Part shown: positions 1-10,708 of the stretch, in pieces
Layout: every line of letters begins with the position of its first letter
Numbering within the stretch: position 1 is the stretch's first letter
Source: Bacilli bacterium
Lineage (GTDB): Bacteria > Bacillota_I > Bacilli_A > RFN20 > CAG-826
Length of the DNA stretch: 64,000 nucleotides
NCBI GenBank assembly: GCA_024408335.1
Contig: JAKSVB010000002.1
Coordinates: forward strand, 90,630 to 154,629
Direction of reading: 5' to 3'
Program-made: the position numbers and the translations under genes
Notes under the pieces: generated by a model
Told to the model about the DNA's origin: nothing
The model's input: only the letters and a program-made list of their open reading frames with translations
Databases searched by the model: none

Positions 1-369
1 CACAAACCTGATAACGCGATAATGGCAGGATACTGCAAAGGCAACATCATTCACGGCGCTTTCCAACTTGCTTCATGCCTCTTTTTCCCATCGCTAGAGG
101 AGACCGAAGGCATTGTAGTCTTAGAAGCCTTAGCATCAAAAACGCCTCTTGTAGTTAGGGATATCGGCGTCTATGAACCTTGGCTAAAAAACAAAACTAA
201 TGCCCATATATGTAAGGATAACGATGAATTCGTTTCTGAGATTTCTTCGCTCCTAGAAAACGGAGAAACAAAAGAGATAATCGATAATGGTTACGAGACC
301 GCAAAAGAAAGAAGCCTCGATATCATTGGAAGCAAATTAAAAGAGGCCTATGAAAGCCTCCTTAAATAA
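1..369 (+). CDS. glycosyltransferase family 4 (GT1/GT4 fold), C-terminal part; 5' end outside window (no stop upstream of 22 in frame)
   Basis: Motif EETEGIVVLEALASKTPLVVRDIGV is the conserved C-terminal E-x7-E nucleotide-sugar region of GT4 enzymes. The frame is open to base 1. Confidence 0.6.
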   Translation, partial: HKPDNAIMAGYCKGNIIHGAFQLASCLFFPSLEETEGIVVLEALASKTPLVVRDIGVYEPWLKNKTNAHICKDNDEFVSEISSLLENGETKEIIDNGYETAKERSLDIIGSKLKEAYESLLK

Positions 370-1323
370 TTATCCTAACCAGGTTCTCTTTAAGAACTGA
401 GAATAGCTTACTCCAGTTGTCTGAAGTGGCTTTTTCATGTTTTTGACAATCTTCCATTCGTTCATGACCGACTTAAGATATTCTTTGCTGGCACCGTTCT
501 TTTTGTCGATTTTTAAGTCGTATTTGAGCGAGAAATAGAAGCGGAGTCTATGAGCAGCGAATAACTTCAAAAGCTTCTCGTCATTAAAGAAGTTGAAGTG
601 GTGACGGATTAGAGCGAAAGTCCATAAATGTCTTTGAGCTCTATCTGTTCTTTTTGTTGTCGTGAGGCTTGATGGATTATCTTTGTGATAATAATAAAGT
701 GGGTCTTTAATAGTGACGACAGAGTCACAGAATTCTAAAAGCGAAGCAGTGAATGGAACGTCTTCGAAGAGGTCGTCATTCTCTCTTAAAAGAAGAATTG
801 GCCTATATAAGAGAATGTCTCTTTTAAACATTTTTGTCCATACGAATCCACGGAAAGAAATGTCGCTAAAGAAAGCATTCAAAGCTTTGTATTTGTCTAA
901 ACTGCTATTTTTTGCGAAAGGGAACTTTTTGACTTTGCCTTTGCTAGTTACTTCATAGAATGAACAATTGACGCAGTCGGCATCTGTCTCGATGGCTTTC
1001 TTATAGAGAGTGGAAAGGTAGTTTGGCGCAAGCTCATCGTCAGCGTCCATGAAACAGATGTGAGTGCCGTGGCTGATTTGAAAGGCTTCAAGTCTTCCTC
1101 CAGCGCAGCTCATACGTTCCTTCTTGGAAGCGACGTGGATGCTTTTATGTTTTTTCTCATATTGTTTGGCGATCTCGTAGCTTTCTTTGTCGCTGCTACT
1201 TACACCCATAATGAGTTCTACAGGTTCTTCTATGTCCTGGGCTAGGAATGAATCGAGTGCCCTAGCTAATGTTCTTTCGGCCTTATAGACAGGCATGATT
1301 ACTGAAATGACAGGTTTTTTCAT
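370..1323 (-). CDS. glycosyltransferase family 2
   Basis: N-terminal ISVIMPVYKAE...LAQ and a D-A-D-D (MDADDEL) motif typical of GT-A/GT2. The track ORF starts at GTG 1350; the ATG at 1323 (MKKPVISVIMPVY) is the more likely start. Confidence 0.7.
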   Translation of the reverse strand: MKKPVISVIMPVYKAERTLARALDSFLAQDIEEPVELIMGVSSSDKESYEIAKQYEKKHKSIHVASKKERMSCAGGRLEAFQISHGTHICFMDADDELAPNYLSTLYKKAIETDADCVNCSFYEVTSKGKVKKFPFAKNSSLDKYKALNAFFSDISFRGFVWTKMFKRDILLYRPILLLRENDDLFEDVPFTASLLEFCDSVVTIKDPLYYYHKDNPSSLTTTKRTDRAQRHLWTFALIRHHFNFFNDEKLLKLFAAHRLRFYFSLKYDLKIDKKNGASKEYLKSVMNEWKIVKNMKKPLQTTGVSYSQFLKRTWLG

Positions 1324-1434
1324 AGTCCTAAAAACATACCCTAAAGACACTTTAGTGTCAAATCTAAGAAAATAGTTGGCAAAGGAAGTGAGAAAAGATA
1401 GAATATTTGAGCACGAAAGAGAGGTGAATGTTAA

Positions 1435-1611
1435 ATGTCAGTCAAAACTGTTCTTCGCGAAGGTGAAAACCTCGATGAAGCCTTACGTCGTTTCAAGAGA
1501 AGCGTCAATAAGAGCGGCATCCTCCTCGAATCAAGAAAAAGAGAATTCTATCTCAAAACCGGTCTTCGTAGAAAAATGAAGTCCGAAATGGCCCGTCGTA
1601 AAAAATGGTAA
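1435..1611 (+). CDS. rpsU: 30S ribosomal protein S21 (58 aa; missed by ORF track because <60 aa)
   Basis: Translation [58 protein letters not shown] matches bS21 along its whole length. A rho-independent terminator follows. The track ORF 1376..1579 is an overlapping wrong-frame artefact. Confidence 0.85.
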   Translation: MSVKTVLREGENLDEALRRFKRSVNKSGILLESRKREFYLKTGLRRKMKSEMARRKKW

Positions 1612-1618
1612 AGATTAA

Positions 1619-1647
1619 CCTCTCGTAACTGAGAGGTTTTTTCTTTT
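1619..1647 (+). terminator. rho-independent terminator after rpsU (CCTCTCGTAACTGAGAGG + T-run)
   Basis: GC hairpin followed by TTTTTTCTTTT immediately 3' of the rpsU stop. Confidence 0.7.
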
Positions 1648-1793
1648 CAAATTTTGTGCAAACTGGATTTTCAATCAATCAACCTTCTTATGAAGGTGTC
1701 TTTTTGATGACTTCAGAGCTCATCTTGGGAGTGAAAACGTCATAATCTAAAAAATTTTTAAGTTTTTCGAAAAATTTCTCTTTTCGTCTCTAT

Positions 1794-3017
1794 ATGAAAG
1801 CGATGAGAAATTTTGTTTATCAAGGAGATGAGGATAGCTGCGGCCTTGCTTCCCTCAAAACGCTCCTCTTAGACCTAACTAAGAAAAAAGGTTACCGTTA
1901 CTATAGGCCAGACACTGAGAAGCCGCTTAATCTTGAAGAGATTCGAAGGCTCGCCTGGAAAGAAGGGGTGAACATCGAGTGGAAGAAAGCCCTAAGCAAA
2001 AAGGATATTGTTTGCTGCGAGACTTTTCCTCTCCTGGCTATGTTAGAAGGCGAGAACAAAGGACACTTAGTCTATTTAAAGAAAGGAACGAAAAAGAAGA
2101 TCCTTGTTCTTGATCCTGCTAGCGGACCGAAGTGGTACTTAAGAGAGGAACTCGCTAAAAAGTTCTCTCTTATATATGGTGAGGTTTCACTAATCTCGAA
2201 TGAGAAATGCATCTACAAAAAGCCAAAGATCATACGTCCTATAAGCATGATATTGCCGTGCATCACATCCTTTGTGGGTATTGCGTTCTTATTTGCTTCC
2301 CTCCTATTTATAGGAGATGAGAAAACTCATTTATTTGCCGCAATATGCTTAGCGCTATACGGCGTTTTCACGATTCTCTCGCGTTTTGTAAGCTCAAGAT
2401 TCAGCAAATCGTTTGACAAGAAATGGCTTAAGCATGTTCCGAGTATGGACAAGAAAAAACTTGCAAGGAATTATGAGAGATATTACACGTTTAAGAGCCA
2501 CGTATTCCCTGCTATGACAACTTTATTAGAGTCCGTTTGCTCAGTTTTTGGGATCATGTTTGTCTTTGGAATGAACGATCCGTTTTTCTGTTTGGCGGGT
2601 CTATCCTTGGCGGTTTATCTTTTCGTTGAGAGCCAGTGTTATAGAAAAAAGCAAGAAAAGGAGAAGTGCGAGCTTTCCTTAAAGGAAGAAGACCTTTTTG
2701 ATGCGACTAGATCCAAAAAGGAACAGATGAAATTAATCGGCGAAATCAACGACAAAGCAAGCAAAATAGGGGAGAACACCACTTATGCAAGAGTCATTTA
2801 TCTTGCTGTCATTGGATTCTTGTCAATCATGTCTCCGCTTATAAACGAAAACGTTTCGTTAAATTGCTATCTCTTCCAGTTCTTTGGACTCGTAGGATTA
2901 GGTCAAGCCATACGTTCTCTCTTCTATTTCTTTGAGACAAAAGTCATTAGAGAAAGAGCGTTTATATACTTTTGTGACAATTTCGCAAATAAAGAGAGCT
3001 CAAGATTTAAATCTTGA
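1794..3017 (+). CDS. peptidase C39-like domain fused to a ~6-helix ABC-exporter-like transmembrane domain; no ATPase domain
   Basis: N-terminal Q-x5-C-G (YQGDEDSCGLASLKTLL), then H (GHLVYL) and (I/V)-x-D-P (ILVLDPASG), matching the C39 Cys/His/Asp arrangement. About six hydrophobic segments follow. No Walker A/B motif anywhere in the protein. Confidence 0.55.
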   Translation: MKAMRNFVYQGDEDSCGLASLKTLLLDLTKKKGYRYYRPDTEKPLNLEEIRRLAWKEGVNIEWKKALSKKDIVCCETFPLLAMLEGENKGHLVYLKKGTKKKILVLDPASGPKWYLREELAKKFSLIYGEVSLISNEKCIYKKPKIIRPISMILPCITSFVGIAFLFASLLFIGDEKTHLFAAICLALYGVFTILSRFVSSRFSKSFDKKWLKHVPSMDKKKLARNYERYYTFKSHVFPAMTTLLESVCSVFGIMFVFGMNDPFFCLAGLSLAVYLFVESQCYRKKQEKEKCELSLKEEDLFDATRSKKEQMKLIGEINDKASKIGENTTYARVIYLAVIGFLSIMSPLINENVSLNCYLFQFFGLVGLGQAIRSLFYFFETKVIRERAFIYFCDNFANKESSRFKS

Positions 3018-3044
3018 TTTGTTTTGTGATAAACTAAGTGTCAT

Positions 3045-3503
3045 ATGGAAGTAGTATTTGATAACCCTTTTGGAACTGAATTCGATTGGCTAGAAAAACG
3101 TTACGAAAATATAACGAAAGCAGCTTTCGAACATCTTTTGGTAAACGTCAATTACGAGATCGATGTCTCGCTTGTTGACGAAGAAACAATTCACCAAGTT
3201 AACCGCGATTATCGTGGAGTCGACAGAGTTACTGATGTCATATCTTTCGCCTTTAACGACGACAAAGATCCGCATAACCAAATTCTTTCACCAGAAACTC
3301 CAAGAATGCTTGGAGAAATCCTCATCTGTTTGGAACAAGCAAAAAGACAAGCGAAGGATATCGGCAACACAATCGAAAGAGAACTCTCTTTCCTTTATGT
3401 CCATGGGCTTTTACACCTTCTTGGCTACGACCACATGAAAAAAGAAGATGAGGAAATCATGTTCCCTCTTCAAGAGAAAATCTTAGAACTCACAGGAGAA
3501 TAA
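3045..3503 (+). CDS. ybeY: endoribonuclease YbeY (rRNA maturation)
   Basis: HGLLHLLGYDH zinc-binding motif, about 150 aa, located upstream of era as in Bacillus. Confidence 0.9.
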   Translation: MEVVFDNPFGTEFDWLEKRYENITKAAFEHLLVNVNYEIDVSLVDEETIHQVNRDYRGVDRVTDVISFAFNDDKDPHNQILSPETPRMLGEILICLEQAKRQAKDIGNTIERELSFLYVHGLLHLLGYDHMKKEDEEIMFPLQEKILELTGE

Positions 3504-3504
3504 A

Positions 3505-4392
3505 ATGAAAGTAGGTTTTGTTTCAATTCTTGGCTTACCTAATGTTGGTAAGAGCACTTTAATAAACGCAATTCTTTCAAAAAAAGTCTCAATCGTTACC
3601 TGTAAATCACAAACCACACGTGACGCAATCATGGGTGTTTATAACGAAAAAGACCTTCAAATCGTCTACATCGACACTCCAGGTCTTTTCCCAGGCGATG
3701 AGGCTTTGTATCAACTTATGGAAAAGAGCGCACGCCGCTCAATTTCAGGCGTTGATGCTATTCTCTATGTCATCGACTCAACAAGCAAAAACTATAGCAA
3801 AGATGAGGAAATCCTCTCTTCAATCAAAACCGATTCCCCAATCATCTTATTATTTAATAAGATCGATGACGTGAGAGTCGAACAAATGGAAGCTCTCTTA
3901 GCTCATTACAACGAGAAATATCCTGATTACGAGAAGATCCAGATATCCGCTAAAACGAACTTCGGTCTTAAGGATATCAAGAAAGCGGTTCTCGCTCACC
4001 TCCAAGAAGGTCTTCCTTTCTACCCAGAAGAAGTCATCACCGATAAAGATGAGCCATTTATGGCAAAAGAAGTCATTCGCGAAGAAATCCTTCGCTTCCT
4101 TAACGATGAGATCCCTCATGAATGCGCCGTCGAAATCATGGACTTCCAAAAAAGAGATGGTGGAGTCTTTATCAAAGCTACAATCGTTTCCGAGAAAGAA
4201 GGCCAAAAGGCCATCATTATCGGCAGAAACGGAGAAATGGTTAAGAAGATCTCCATGGCTGCCCGCCACAATTTAGAGAAAATGTGGAAGACCCACGTTA
4301 CTTTAATCTGCCGCGTTGAATGCGTCCCAGGCTGGAGAAACGACCCACGCAAGCTTCAAAAGCTAGGATATGGCAGGAAGCAAGAATTTTAA
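3505..4392 (+). CDS. era: GTPase Era
   Basis: G1 GLPNVGKST, DTPG, NKID motifs and a C-terminal KH domain. Follows ybeY. Confidence 0.95.
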   Translation: MKVGFVSILGLPNVGKSTLINAILSKKVSIVTCKSQTTRDAIMGVYNEKDLQIVYIDTPGLFPGDEALYQLMEKSARRSISGVDAILYVIDSTSKNYSKDEEILSSIKTDSPIILLFNKIDDVRVEQMEALLAHYNEKYPDYEKIQISAKTNFGLKDIKKAVLAHLQEGLPFYPEEVITDKDEPFMAKEVIREEILRFLNDEIPHECAVEIMDFQKRDGGVFIKATIVSEKEGQKAIIIGRNGEMVKKISMAARHNLEKMWKTHVTLICRVECVPGWRNDPRKLQKLGYGRKQEF

Positions 4393-5107
4393 GAATATCG
4401 AAGGCTTTGCCCTTCGCATAAGCGCATACAAAGAAAACGATGCAATGGTCACCGTTCTTTCAGGCGATGGTCTCTTTTCGTTTTTGGCTCGAGGAGTTCA
4501 AAAAAGCACAAGCAAAAATTTTGCTAGTTGCACGCTTCTTGCTAAAGCAAAGTATTCCCTTAACGAGTCAGCAAGCGGCAACTTAACCCTTGCCGAAAGC
4601 GAAGTCTTAAGTGTTCCAGATGGAGGAGACGATCTAATTAGGCTCTCTTTGTTTAGCTTAATTAGCGAGATTTGCCTCAAACTCGTTTCCGAAGAGGAAG
4701 CTGCTTCGATTTACCCGTGGCTAGAAAAGGCGATGGAGCACACGAAAGAAAAAGGCAAAGAGGCCTCCGCAGTCCTCATTTTGTTATGCCACGTTTTAAA
4801 AGGAGCAGGATACGCTCTTGAAGTTGATGGATGTGTTAAATGTGGTTCAAAAACCGCAATTCAAGGCGTTTCTTTTAACGATGGTGGTTTTGTTTGCAAA
4901 GATTGCGTTTTGCCTAGCGAGAAACTCGATACAAGAAACCTAAAGATCTTACGTTTCTGCTTCAAGTGCGAACTTAGCGATATGGACCGCGTCTCTTTTG
5001 AGAACAAGGAATCGGTCGCAATGATTAGAAGACTTGCCCAATACATCGACGACTATACCGGCGTTAAACTAAAAAGTTTAAGTCTATTGACAAATTTTGC
5101 ATTTTAA
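4370..5107 (+). CDS. recO: DNA repair protein RecO
   Basis: C-terminal Cys4 zinc motif CVKCGSK...CKDC. Position era-recO-glyQS is conserved in Firmicutes. Confidence 0.85.
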   Translation: MAGSKNFKNIEGFALRISAYKENDAMVTVLSGDGLFSFLARGVQKSTSKNFASCTLLAKAKYSLNESASGNLTLAESEVLSVPDGGDDLIRLSLFSLISEICLKLVSEEEAASIYPWLEKAMEHTKEKGKEASAVLILLCHVLKGAGYALEVDGCVKCGSKTAIQGVSFNDGGFVCKDCVLPSEKLDTRNLKILRFCFKCELSDMDRVSFENKESVAMIRRLAQYIDDYTGVKLKSLSLLTNFAF

Positions 5108-5217
5108 ACAAAAAGTACACTCATAGTAGGTTGACTCGTTTTTGATTTTTGTTAATATTAACAAGGCTCTCAAGTCAGAACCTTTTTTATTTAATAAAAA
5201 ACGAAAGGAAAAAATCA

Positions 5218-6599
5218 TGGCAAACAAATTTTCTTTTGAGAAAATCACTACACACCTTCAACAAACAGGTTATGTTTACCCAGGCTCACAAATCTATGGT
5301 GGCCTCTCCAATTCATGGGACTATGGCCCATTAGGCGCAGAACTTAAGAAGAATGTTCGCGAAGCTTGGTGGAAGAAATTCGTTCAAGAATCACCAACCA
5401 ACGTCGGTATCGATGCTGGCATCCTTATGAACCCACACGTTTGGGAAGCAACAGGACACGTTTCAACTTTCAACGACCCAATGGTCGACTGCAAAGCTTG
5501 TAAAGCCCGTCACCGCGCTGACCAACTCATTAAATCAGAACATCCAGACGCAAACGTTGACGCAATGTCATTCGAAGAGATGGATGGATTCATCAAAGAA
5601 CACGGCGTCACTTGCCCAGAATGTGGCAAAGCTGACTTCACACCAATCCGTAAGTTCAACATGATGTTCAAAACCCATATCGGCGTCACCGAAGATAACG
5701 CAAGTGTCGTCTATCTCCGTCCTGAAACCGCTCAAGGTGTCTTCGTTAACTTCAAAAACGTTCAAAGAACCATGAGAAAGAAACTTCCTTTCGGTATCTG
5801 CCAAACAGGCAAAGCCTTCAGAAACGAGATCACTCCTGGAAACTTCACCTTCCGTATTCGTGAATTCGATCAAATGGAAATGGAATTCTTCTGCAAGCCA
5901 GGAACCGACCTTGAATGGTTCAATTACTGGAAAGAATACTGCCTCAAGTTCGTCGAAAGCCTCGGACCTAAAGCAGAAAACCTCCGTTTCAGAGATCATG
6001 AACAAGCCGAACTCGCCTTCTACTCAAAAGCTACAACCGACGTTGAATATGATTTCCCTAACCTTGGTTGGGGTGAAATCCTCGGTGTCGCTGATAGAAC
6101 CGACTACGATTTAGGCCGTCACCAAGAATTCAGCAAAGAAGACTTAACTTACTTCGATCCAGAGACAAATGAGAAATACCTTCCATACGTCATTGAACCT
6201 TCAATGGGTCTCGACCGTTTGATGCTCATGGTCATGATGGATAGCTATGACGAAGAAGTCCTTAACGAAAAAGACACTCGTGTCGTCATGCACATCGCTC
6301 CATTCCTTGCTCCATACAAAGTCGCAGTCCTTCCACTTTCTAAGAAACTCGAAGGAAAAGCAGAGGAAGTTCTCAATATCTTAAACAAGCACTTCGTCAC
6401 AACCATGGACCTTACTGGTTCAATCGGTAAGAGATATCGCCGTCAAGACGAAATCGGCACACCATACTGCGTTACCGTCGACTTCGATACAGTCGAAAAG
6501 GATAACGCTGTTACCATCCGTGACCGTGACACAATGGAACAAATTCGTTTACCAATCGATGAACTCGTCAAATATTTCGAAGAAAAACTCTTCTATTAA
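5218..6599 (+). CDS. glyQS: glycine--tRNA ligase, single-chain alpha2 type
   Basis: [10 protein letters not shown]...[11 protein letters not shown]-terminus and class II motifs. The start is chosen at MANKF preceded by AAAGGAAAAAATC; the track ORF begins further upstream at 5142. Confidence 0.9.
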
Positions 6600-6641
6600 T
6601 CATTAACTTAACAAACACGCTAAAGAAAAGGAGGTGAGAGA

Positions 6642-8459
6642 ATGGCTTATCCAAAGGAACTTGTAGATGAGATATTGTCTAAGGCTGACATAGTCCAAGT
6701 CATCAAGGCATATATCCCTGTAAACAAAAAAGGTCGTAACTATATGGCGATCTGTCCTTTCCACGATGACAAACATCCTAGCCTTTCCATCTCACCAGAG
6801 CGTCAAATCTTCAAATGCTTCGTATGTGGAACAGCCGGTAACGTATTCACTTTCGTTTCGAAATACGAAAATATTTCGTATCAAGAAGCCATTAAGAAAG
6901 TCGCTGACATTATCGGTTTCCACGATGAGCGTTTAGAAAAGGAAGCGTTCGTTCCCAAGAAAGACTCGACACTAGAGCCTTTATACAAGTGTATTGATGA
7001 CCTTCAAGGGCTTTACCAATATGGCTTAAACATCCCAGAAGGCAAAGAAGCCAAGGATTATTTAGGGGCAAGAAACATCGATCAAGAACAAGTCAAAAAA
7101 TACAAGATTGGCTATGCTCTTATGGATGGAAGAAAAACCGTCGAATACCTTATTGGCAAAGGCCATTCACTCAAATCGATTCAGGATATCGGTATCGCTT
7201 TAGCTAGCGCGAACGCCAAAGACGGCAATGCTGGAAGACTTATCTTCCCGCTTTGCGATCCTAATGGACAAGTCGTTGGTTTTAGCGCAAGAAAGCTAAA
7301 GAAAGAACAAGATCCTAAATACGTCAACTCACCAGAAACGCCTATCTTCCACAAAGGACGCATTCTCTATAACTACCATAACGTTAAGGGAAGCGCTCGC
7401 CATGCTGGATACGTCTATGTCCTTGAAGGGTTCATGGATGTTATGGCGTTAGATAAAGCAGGAATCCCTAACGCAGTCGCTTTAATGGGAACAGCCCTCT
7501 CGAATGAACAAATCAAGCTCCTTAGAAGACTTGGCTGCGAACTTAGACTTTGTCTAGACGGCGATGCCGCAGGTCAAATGGGTATGATGAAAATGATCAC
7601 CCAACTCCATGACTCAGGCATACCGTTTAGGCTTGTAAGTAACCCTAATGACTTAAGGGACCCTGATGATATTCTTCAGGAAAGCGGTCCAGAGGCCTTA
7701 AAAGAGGCGATGTCACATCTAGTTGACTCGATGGATTTTCAAATCAATTACTATCTTAACGTCAAAAAGCTAGATACCGCCGAGGAAAAGAAAAGAGTCC
7801 TTCTCTATTTCGTTAAGTTCCTTCAATCGATGGAACCTGGCATCGAACGTGAGAACTATATCGCTAAACTTGCCTCTGCAACCGGTTATAGAGCGGAAGC
7901 CATTAGAAGCCAACTTAGCGTTAAGAAACAAACAAAAGAAGAATATGAAGAAATCGAATTCGCCGTCGACCAAGAAAACTTCGGTCGTCTTCACCCAGAG
8001 AAAACGTACCTCAAGCGTCTTGTGATGGCGGAAAAAGAAGTGCTTTATTACATGCTCAAAGAGATGGGGGCAATCAAGTACTTCCAAGACGATGTTGACC
8101 ATTTCTACACCCCAATCTATCAATCGTTAGCCAATTACATCATTGACTACCAAGCAACAAGAAACGGCAACATTGCCATTCCGCTTCTGATTAACGATAT
8201 CGAACAAGCGGAAGATAACGAAACGGATGCCCTCGTTTCCCAGATCACAAAGATCTATAACGATGAACTTCATCCTCCGTATGACGACGCTCACATGAAA
8301 GAAGTCGTCCAGACAATCAAAGAGGAAAAAGAGAAGATATTCATCAAGGAACAGGCTGAAAAGAGCATTAACAAAGAGGGAATAACCGACAAAGAAAGAG
8401 GCGAGATACTTAAAAAGTATGCCGCCAGCAGAAAAAAGATTCTCGATAGCAGATCGTAA
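6642..8459 (+). CDS. dnaG: DNA primase
   Basis: Zinc ribbon CPFHDDKHPS...CFVCG, a TOPRIM region and a C-terminal helicase-interaction domain. Lies upstream of the sigma-70 gene. Confidence 0.95.
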   Translation: MAYPKELVDEILSKADIVQVIKAYIPVNKKGRNYMAICPFHDDKHPSLSISPERQIFKCFVCGTAGNVFTFVSKYENISYQEAIKKVADIIGFHDERLEKEAFVPKKDSTLEPLYKCIDDLQGLYQYGLNIPEGKEAKDYLGARNIDQEQVKKYKIGYALMDGRKTVEYLIGKGHSLKSIQDIGIALASANAKDGNAGRLIFPLCDPNGQVVGFSARKLKKEQDPKYVNSPETPIFHKGRILYNYHNVKGSARHAGYVYVLEGFMDVMALDKAGIPNAVALMGTALSNEQIKLLRRLGCELRLCLDGDAAGQMGMMKMITQLHDSGIPFRLVSNPNDLRDPDDILQESGPEALKEAMSHLVDSMDFQINYYLNVKKLDTAEEKKRVLLYFVKFLQSMEPGIERENYIAKLASATGYRAEAIRSQLSVKKQTKEEYEEIEFAVDQENFGRLHPEKTYLKRLVMAEKEVLYYMLKEMGAIKYFQDDVDHFYTPIYQSLANYIIDYQATRNGNIAIPLLINDIEQAEDNETDALVSQITKIYNDELHPPYDDAHMKEVVQTIKEEKEKIFIKEQAEKSINKEGITDKERGEILKKYAASRKKILDSRS

Positions 8460-8480
8460 CCATATAGAAAGGAGACACTT

Positions 8481-10019
8481 ATGGCAAAGAAGAAAGTTGA
8501 AGAAGTCGAAGAAACCGACACAAAGAAGAAGGAACCAAAAGCTCCAAAAAAGGAAAAGGTTTCCAAGAAAGAAGAAATTGAGGAAGAAGAAGCCCTTGAT
8601 TTCGATGACGTCTCAATCGATGACGAAGAAGACGCAACCTTAATGCAAAACCTTGAAATCATCAAAAAGCAATTTTTGAAGAAAGGCAAAGCAGCAGGAC
8701 AAATCAGCCAAGAAGAAGTCATGGACGTCGCATCTAAATACGATATCGGCGATAATGACCTCGAATCCCTTTTCACCTTCTTTAATGAAAATGAAATCAA
8801 AGTCATCACAGACGAAGAAGAAGCAGGGGTCGACGATTTTGATCCTAACCTCGTTGATTTAGAGAAAGCAAACGCTGAAGCAGAAGCGGCTGAACTCGAT
8901 GATGAAGACATCGAACTCGACGAAAGCGACAAAGAAGCAGTCGACAGCATCGATGAATTCGCCCGCGTTCAATCTGGCGAAGTCAAAGTCAACGACTCTG
9001 TCAAAATGTACCTTAAGGAAATCGGTAAGGTACGCCTTCTCACCGCTAAAGAAGAAACAGAACTCGCTAAGCAAATCGTCGAAGGCGATAACAAGATGGC
9101 TGAGTACCAAGCACACATCGATAATGAAGAAGCCGAACTCGCTGAACTTGCCGCTAAATGCGAAGCAGAAGGTCTTGACCTCAAAATCGAAACAGCAAAA
9201 AGAACAATGAAGCTTCGTGCTTTGAAATATGACGCCGACGAAGGACAAAACGCTAAGAATCGCCTTATCACAGCCAACCTTAGACTTGTCATCGCTATCG
9301 CTAAGCACTACGTTGGCCGTGGCATGCACTTCCTTGATCTTATTCAAGAAGGCAACATGGGCTTAATCAAAGCAGTCGAAAAGTTTGACTACACCAAAGG
9401 TTTCAAGTTCTCAACATACGCTACCTGGTGGATCCGTCAAGCCATCACCCGTGCCATTGCTGACCAAGCAAGAACAATCAGAATCCCAGTTCACATGGTC
9501 GAAACCATCAATAAGATGACCAGAGTCCAACGTCAACTCGTCCAAGAACTTGGCCGTGAACCTACACCAGAGGAAATCAGCGCGAAGATGGAAGGAAGCT
9601 TAACACCTGAAAGAATTCGCGAAATCCAAAGAATCGCTCTTGAACCAGTTTCACTTGAAACCCCAATCGGTGAAGAAGACGATTCACACCTTGGTGACTT
9701 TATCGAAGATAAAGAAGTTCAATCTCCAGAGGAATTCACAACCAAATCCCTCTTAAAGGATGAACTTTACGAGATCATGCGTGACCTCACTGACCGTGAA
9801 GAAAAAGTCCTTAGACTTCGTTACGGTCTTGATGACAACCGTCCAAGAACCCTTGAAGAAGTCGGTAAGGAATTCGGCGTCACTCGTGAACGTATCCGTC
9901 AAATCGAGGCTAAAGCAATTCGTAAGCTTCGTCACCCAACAAGAGCAAAACGTCTTGGTGACTACCAAGATGCATATTACCCAGAGGGACCAGAAACCCA
10001 CTCAAAGGGAAAGAAATAG
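8481..10019 (+). CDS. sigA: RNA polymerase primary sigma factor (sigma-70 / SigA), with long acidic N-terminal region
   Basis: Regions 2-4 are conserved ([34 protein letters not shown], helix-turn-helix [18 protein letters not shown]). Confidence 0.95.
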   Translation: MAKKKVEEVEETDTKKKEPKAPKKEKVSKKEEIEEEEALDFDDVSIDDEEDATLMQNLEIIKKQFLKKGKAAGQISQEEVMDVASKYDIGDNDLESLFTFFNENEIKVITDEEEAGVDDFDPNLVDLEKANAEAEAAELDDEDIELDESDKEAVDSIDEFARVQSGEVKVNDSVKMYLKEIGKVRLLTAKEETELAKQIVEGDNKMAEYQAHIDNEEAELAELAAKCEAEGLDLKIETAKRTMKLRALKYDADEGQNAKNRLITANLRLVIAIAKHYVGRGMHFLDLIQEGNMGLIKAVEKFDYTKGFKFSTYATWWIRQAITRAIADQARTIRIPVHMVETINKMTRVQRQLVQELGREPTPEEISAKMEGSLTPERIREIQRIALEPVSLETPIGEEDDSHLGDFIEDKEVQSPEEFTTKSLLKDELYEIMRDLTDREEKVLRLRYGLDDNRPRTLEEVGKEFGVTRERIRQIEAKAIRKLRHPTRAKRLGDYQDAYYPEGPETHSKGKK

Positions 10020-10030
10020 TAACGCTAACG

Positions 10031-10708
10031 ATGAAGAACCTTTCTAAGAGACTTTTAACCATTGCTTCTTTTGTTAAGGAAGGTTCTTTCATCGCGGACA
10101 TCGGAAGCGATCATTGTTTGCTTCCGATTTTTCTTTGTAAGGAAGGAAAGATATCTGGAGCCTTTGCCGTTGATAACAAACCTGGACCATATGAGCGTAT
10201 GGTTTTGGCAATTAATAGCAGTGGTTTCAAAGAGATTATCTCCGCCTCTTTAAGCAGCGGCATTGAGAAGCTTGACCCTCGTGCAGACACTGTGATTCTT
10301 GCGGGTATGGGAGGAATCCTAATCTCCGAAATTCTCCTTAGCCACAAGGAAAATCTTAAGAATGTAAAGAATATCATCGTTGACGCTCATACTGATATGC
10401 ATGAAGTTTATAAAGCTTTAAGTAGTCTAGGTTATGCCTTAAAAGATAGCCGTTTCTTATTAGATAACGAGAAACCATATGACGTTATGCTTTGGGAAAA
10501 GGCTAGCGAAAAAGTAACCTACAGCGACAAAGAGATGAAGTATGGTTTATTCAATCTCTCTAAGCCTAATGAGGATTGGAGACAATACTATACCCACAGA
10601 ATTGAAATTAACAAAAAGCTCATTTCGATGCTTCCTAAGGGCAACGAAAAAATTGCTCTTTTGGAAAAAGAAGACAATGAAATCGAAGAGATTCTAAATA
10701 CTCTCTAA
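10031..10708 (+). CDS. trmK: tRNA (adenine22-N1)-methyltransferase TrmK (YqfN family)
   Basis: ADIGSDHCLLPIFL SAM-binding N-terminus, about 225 aa, downstream of sigA as in Bacillus. Confidence 0.8.
   Translation: MKNLSKRLLTIASFVKEGSFIADIGSDHCLLPIFLCKEGKISGAFAVDNKPGPYERMVLAINSSGFKEIISASLSSGIEKLDPRADTVILAGMGGILISEILLSHKENLKNVKNIIVDAHTDMHEVYKALSSLGYALKDSRFLLDNEKPYDVMLWEKASEKVTYSDKEMKYGLFNLSKPNEDWRQYYTHRIEINKKLISMLPKGNEKIALLEKEDNEIEEILNTL

Noticed and set aside
5108-5217. T-box leader upstream of glyQS
   Set aside because: Only about 110 nt and no T-box consensus. Too short for a T-box riboswitch.
8291-8950. 219-aa Ser-rich - strand ORF and other ORFs antisense to sigA (8859..9347, 8969..9292)
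   Set aside because: Low-complexity antisense read-through of the acidic, E/K-rich sigA N-terminal coding region. No start context, and fully overlapped by a well-supported gene.
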